From assembly GCA_907165135.1 (NCBI GenBank), contig OU015568.1, positions 7,874,001 through 7,938,000 on the forward strand: a DNA stretch of 64,000 bases, read 5' to 3'. Below the pieces are notes generated by a model. That model ran no database searches. It was given only the letters and a program-made list of their open reading frames with translations, and was not told the origin of the DNA. The position numbers were made by a program, and so were the translations under genes. Below, one piece after another: positions 63,206 to 64,000 of this stretch. Numbering within the stretch: position 1 is the stretch's first letter; the number at the start of each line of letters is the position of its first letter. Source of the DNA: Oikopleura dioica (taxonomy: Eukaryota > Animalia > Chordata).

Positions 63206-63881
63206 TTACAGGTTTTTTGGAATGGAAGAGAAAGAAGTGAAGATTTGTGATTCAATTTGAAGATTATTCGCAGCATTTTTGCATCCAACACAGTTTTCGA
63301 TCCATTTTTCTCCATTTTCGTAAATTTCCTTTTTCCAAATCGGCACTTTTGCTTTCAAATCCTCCATGATCTCTGCAGTAGCGTGAAACGAAGCGACCCT
63401 GTGCTTCGATGAGACGGAGACGATGACTCCTGCTTCGTTTGGGGGAACAGAAGAGATACTATGGTGGATGGAGACGCGGGAGAGGCCGTATTTTGAAATG
63501 GCGTTTTGGGCGATTTTGGAAAGCTGCGCTAGAGCCATCGAGGGGTAGCAGGAGTAATCTAGGCGGAGAACTTCAGTTCCATCCTTTGCGTGGTTTCGCG
63601 TGGTTCCTTGGAATGTACAGAGAGCTCTAATAAAAGGAATGAAAAAATGTTCTCACTTGCCTAATTCAATTTGCTATCAAAATTATAAATTTCTTTATAA
63701 AGTGAATAAATTTCAAATGGAATAATGCTTCATGAAAATTCCCTGCTCTAGAATTATTATAGGCTTTCATCCCTTGGCCACAATCTGGCTGAACGGTAAA
63801 TTGCTCAACTTCCCTTGCATCCAACTTTTCTCTCTTCAACTTTATCCAAACCCTTTCTTCTTTTATCTCTTCTTCCATCAT
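63206..63881 (-). CDS. MOCS2: Molybdopterin synthase catalytic subunit (MOCS2B/MoaE)
   Basis: QPDCG; FQGTTRNH; LDYSCYPSMAL; VSVSSKHRVASF; EDLKAKVPIWKKEIY. Confidence 0.93.
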
Positions 63882-64000
63882 TTAAAATCTTCAAAACTCG
63901 GAATTGGCCTTTCAAACTTTTCGAAAAAGTCGAAAAGGCGCCGTCAATTGGCCAAAATGGATGTTCCGCGGCGCTGGATTGGGCGACGCGCGCGCGATTT

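Overview
Eukaryotic, extremely compact animal genome. Introns are mostly ~35-60 bp, some donors are GC or GA, and housekeeping genes sit in co-oriented clusters tens of bp apart with an AG acceptor directly before most ATGs. This pattern best fits the appendicularian tunicate Oikopleura (inference from architecture, not a database match). Contents from left to right: (1) the 5' part of a Penelope-like retroelement with a 209-bp inverted repeat, each arm carrying a minimal hammerhead ribozyme; (2) + operon THOC3-NDUFC2-ERLEC1-SETMAR-like; (3) a ~5.7-kb inverted copy of the 52.5-57.6 kb region, lying between two direct copies of the SET gene; it carries a gene for a long disordered protein with a PDZ domain and a C-terminal TRF/telobox-type Myb domain, plus a broken N6AMT1; (4) + operon CEP20-RTN4IP1-PNO1-DUS2-NSUN6-COA5-unknown; (5) a PIM-family kinase whose probable first intron contains an antisense DEG/ENaC channel gene with nested MITEs; (6) an LRR transmembrane gene hosting a nested gene, then a THSD7-like gene; (7) minus-strand operon(s) MOCS2B-MRPL54-COQ4-MRPL27-NDUFB2-CWF19L2 (hosting a nested mini-collagen) and PDZ/Myb-N6AMT1-ANKZF1. 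Most unusual items: the PDZ + telobox-Myb protein, its rearranged duplication, the ribozyme-bearing inverted repeat, a structured element shared by introns of two neighbouring genes, and three antisense nested genes. Exon boundaries were read by eye. Single-base homopolymer frameshifts suggest possible assembly errors, so pseudogene and duplication calls need read-level checks.
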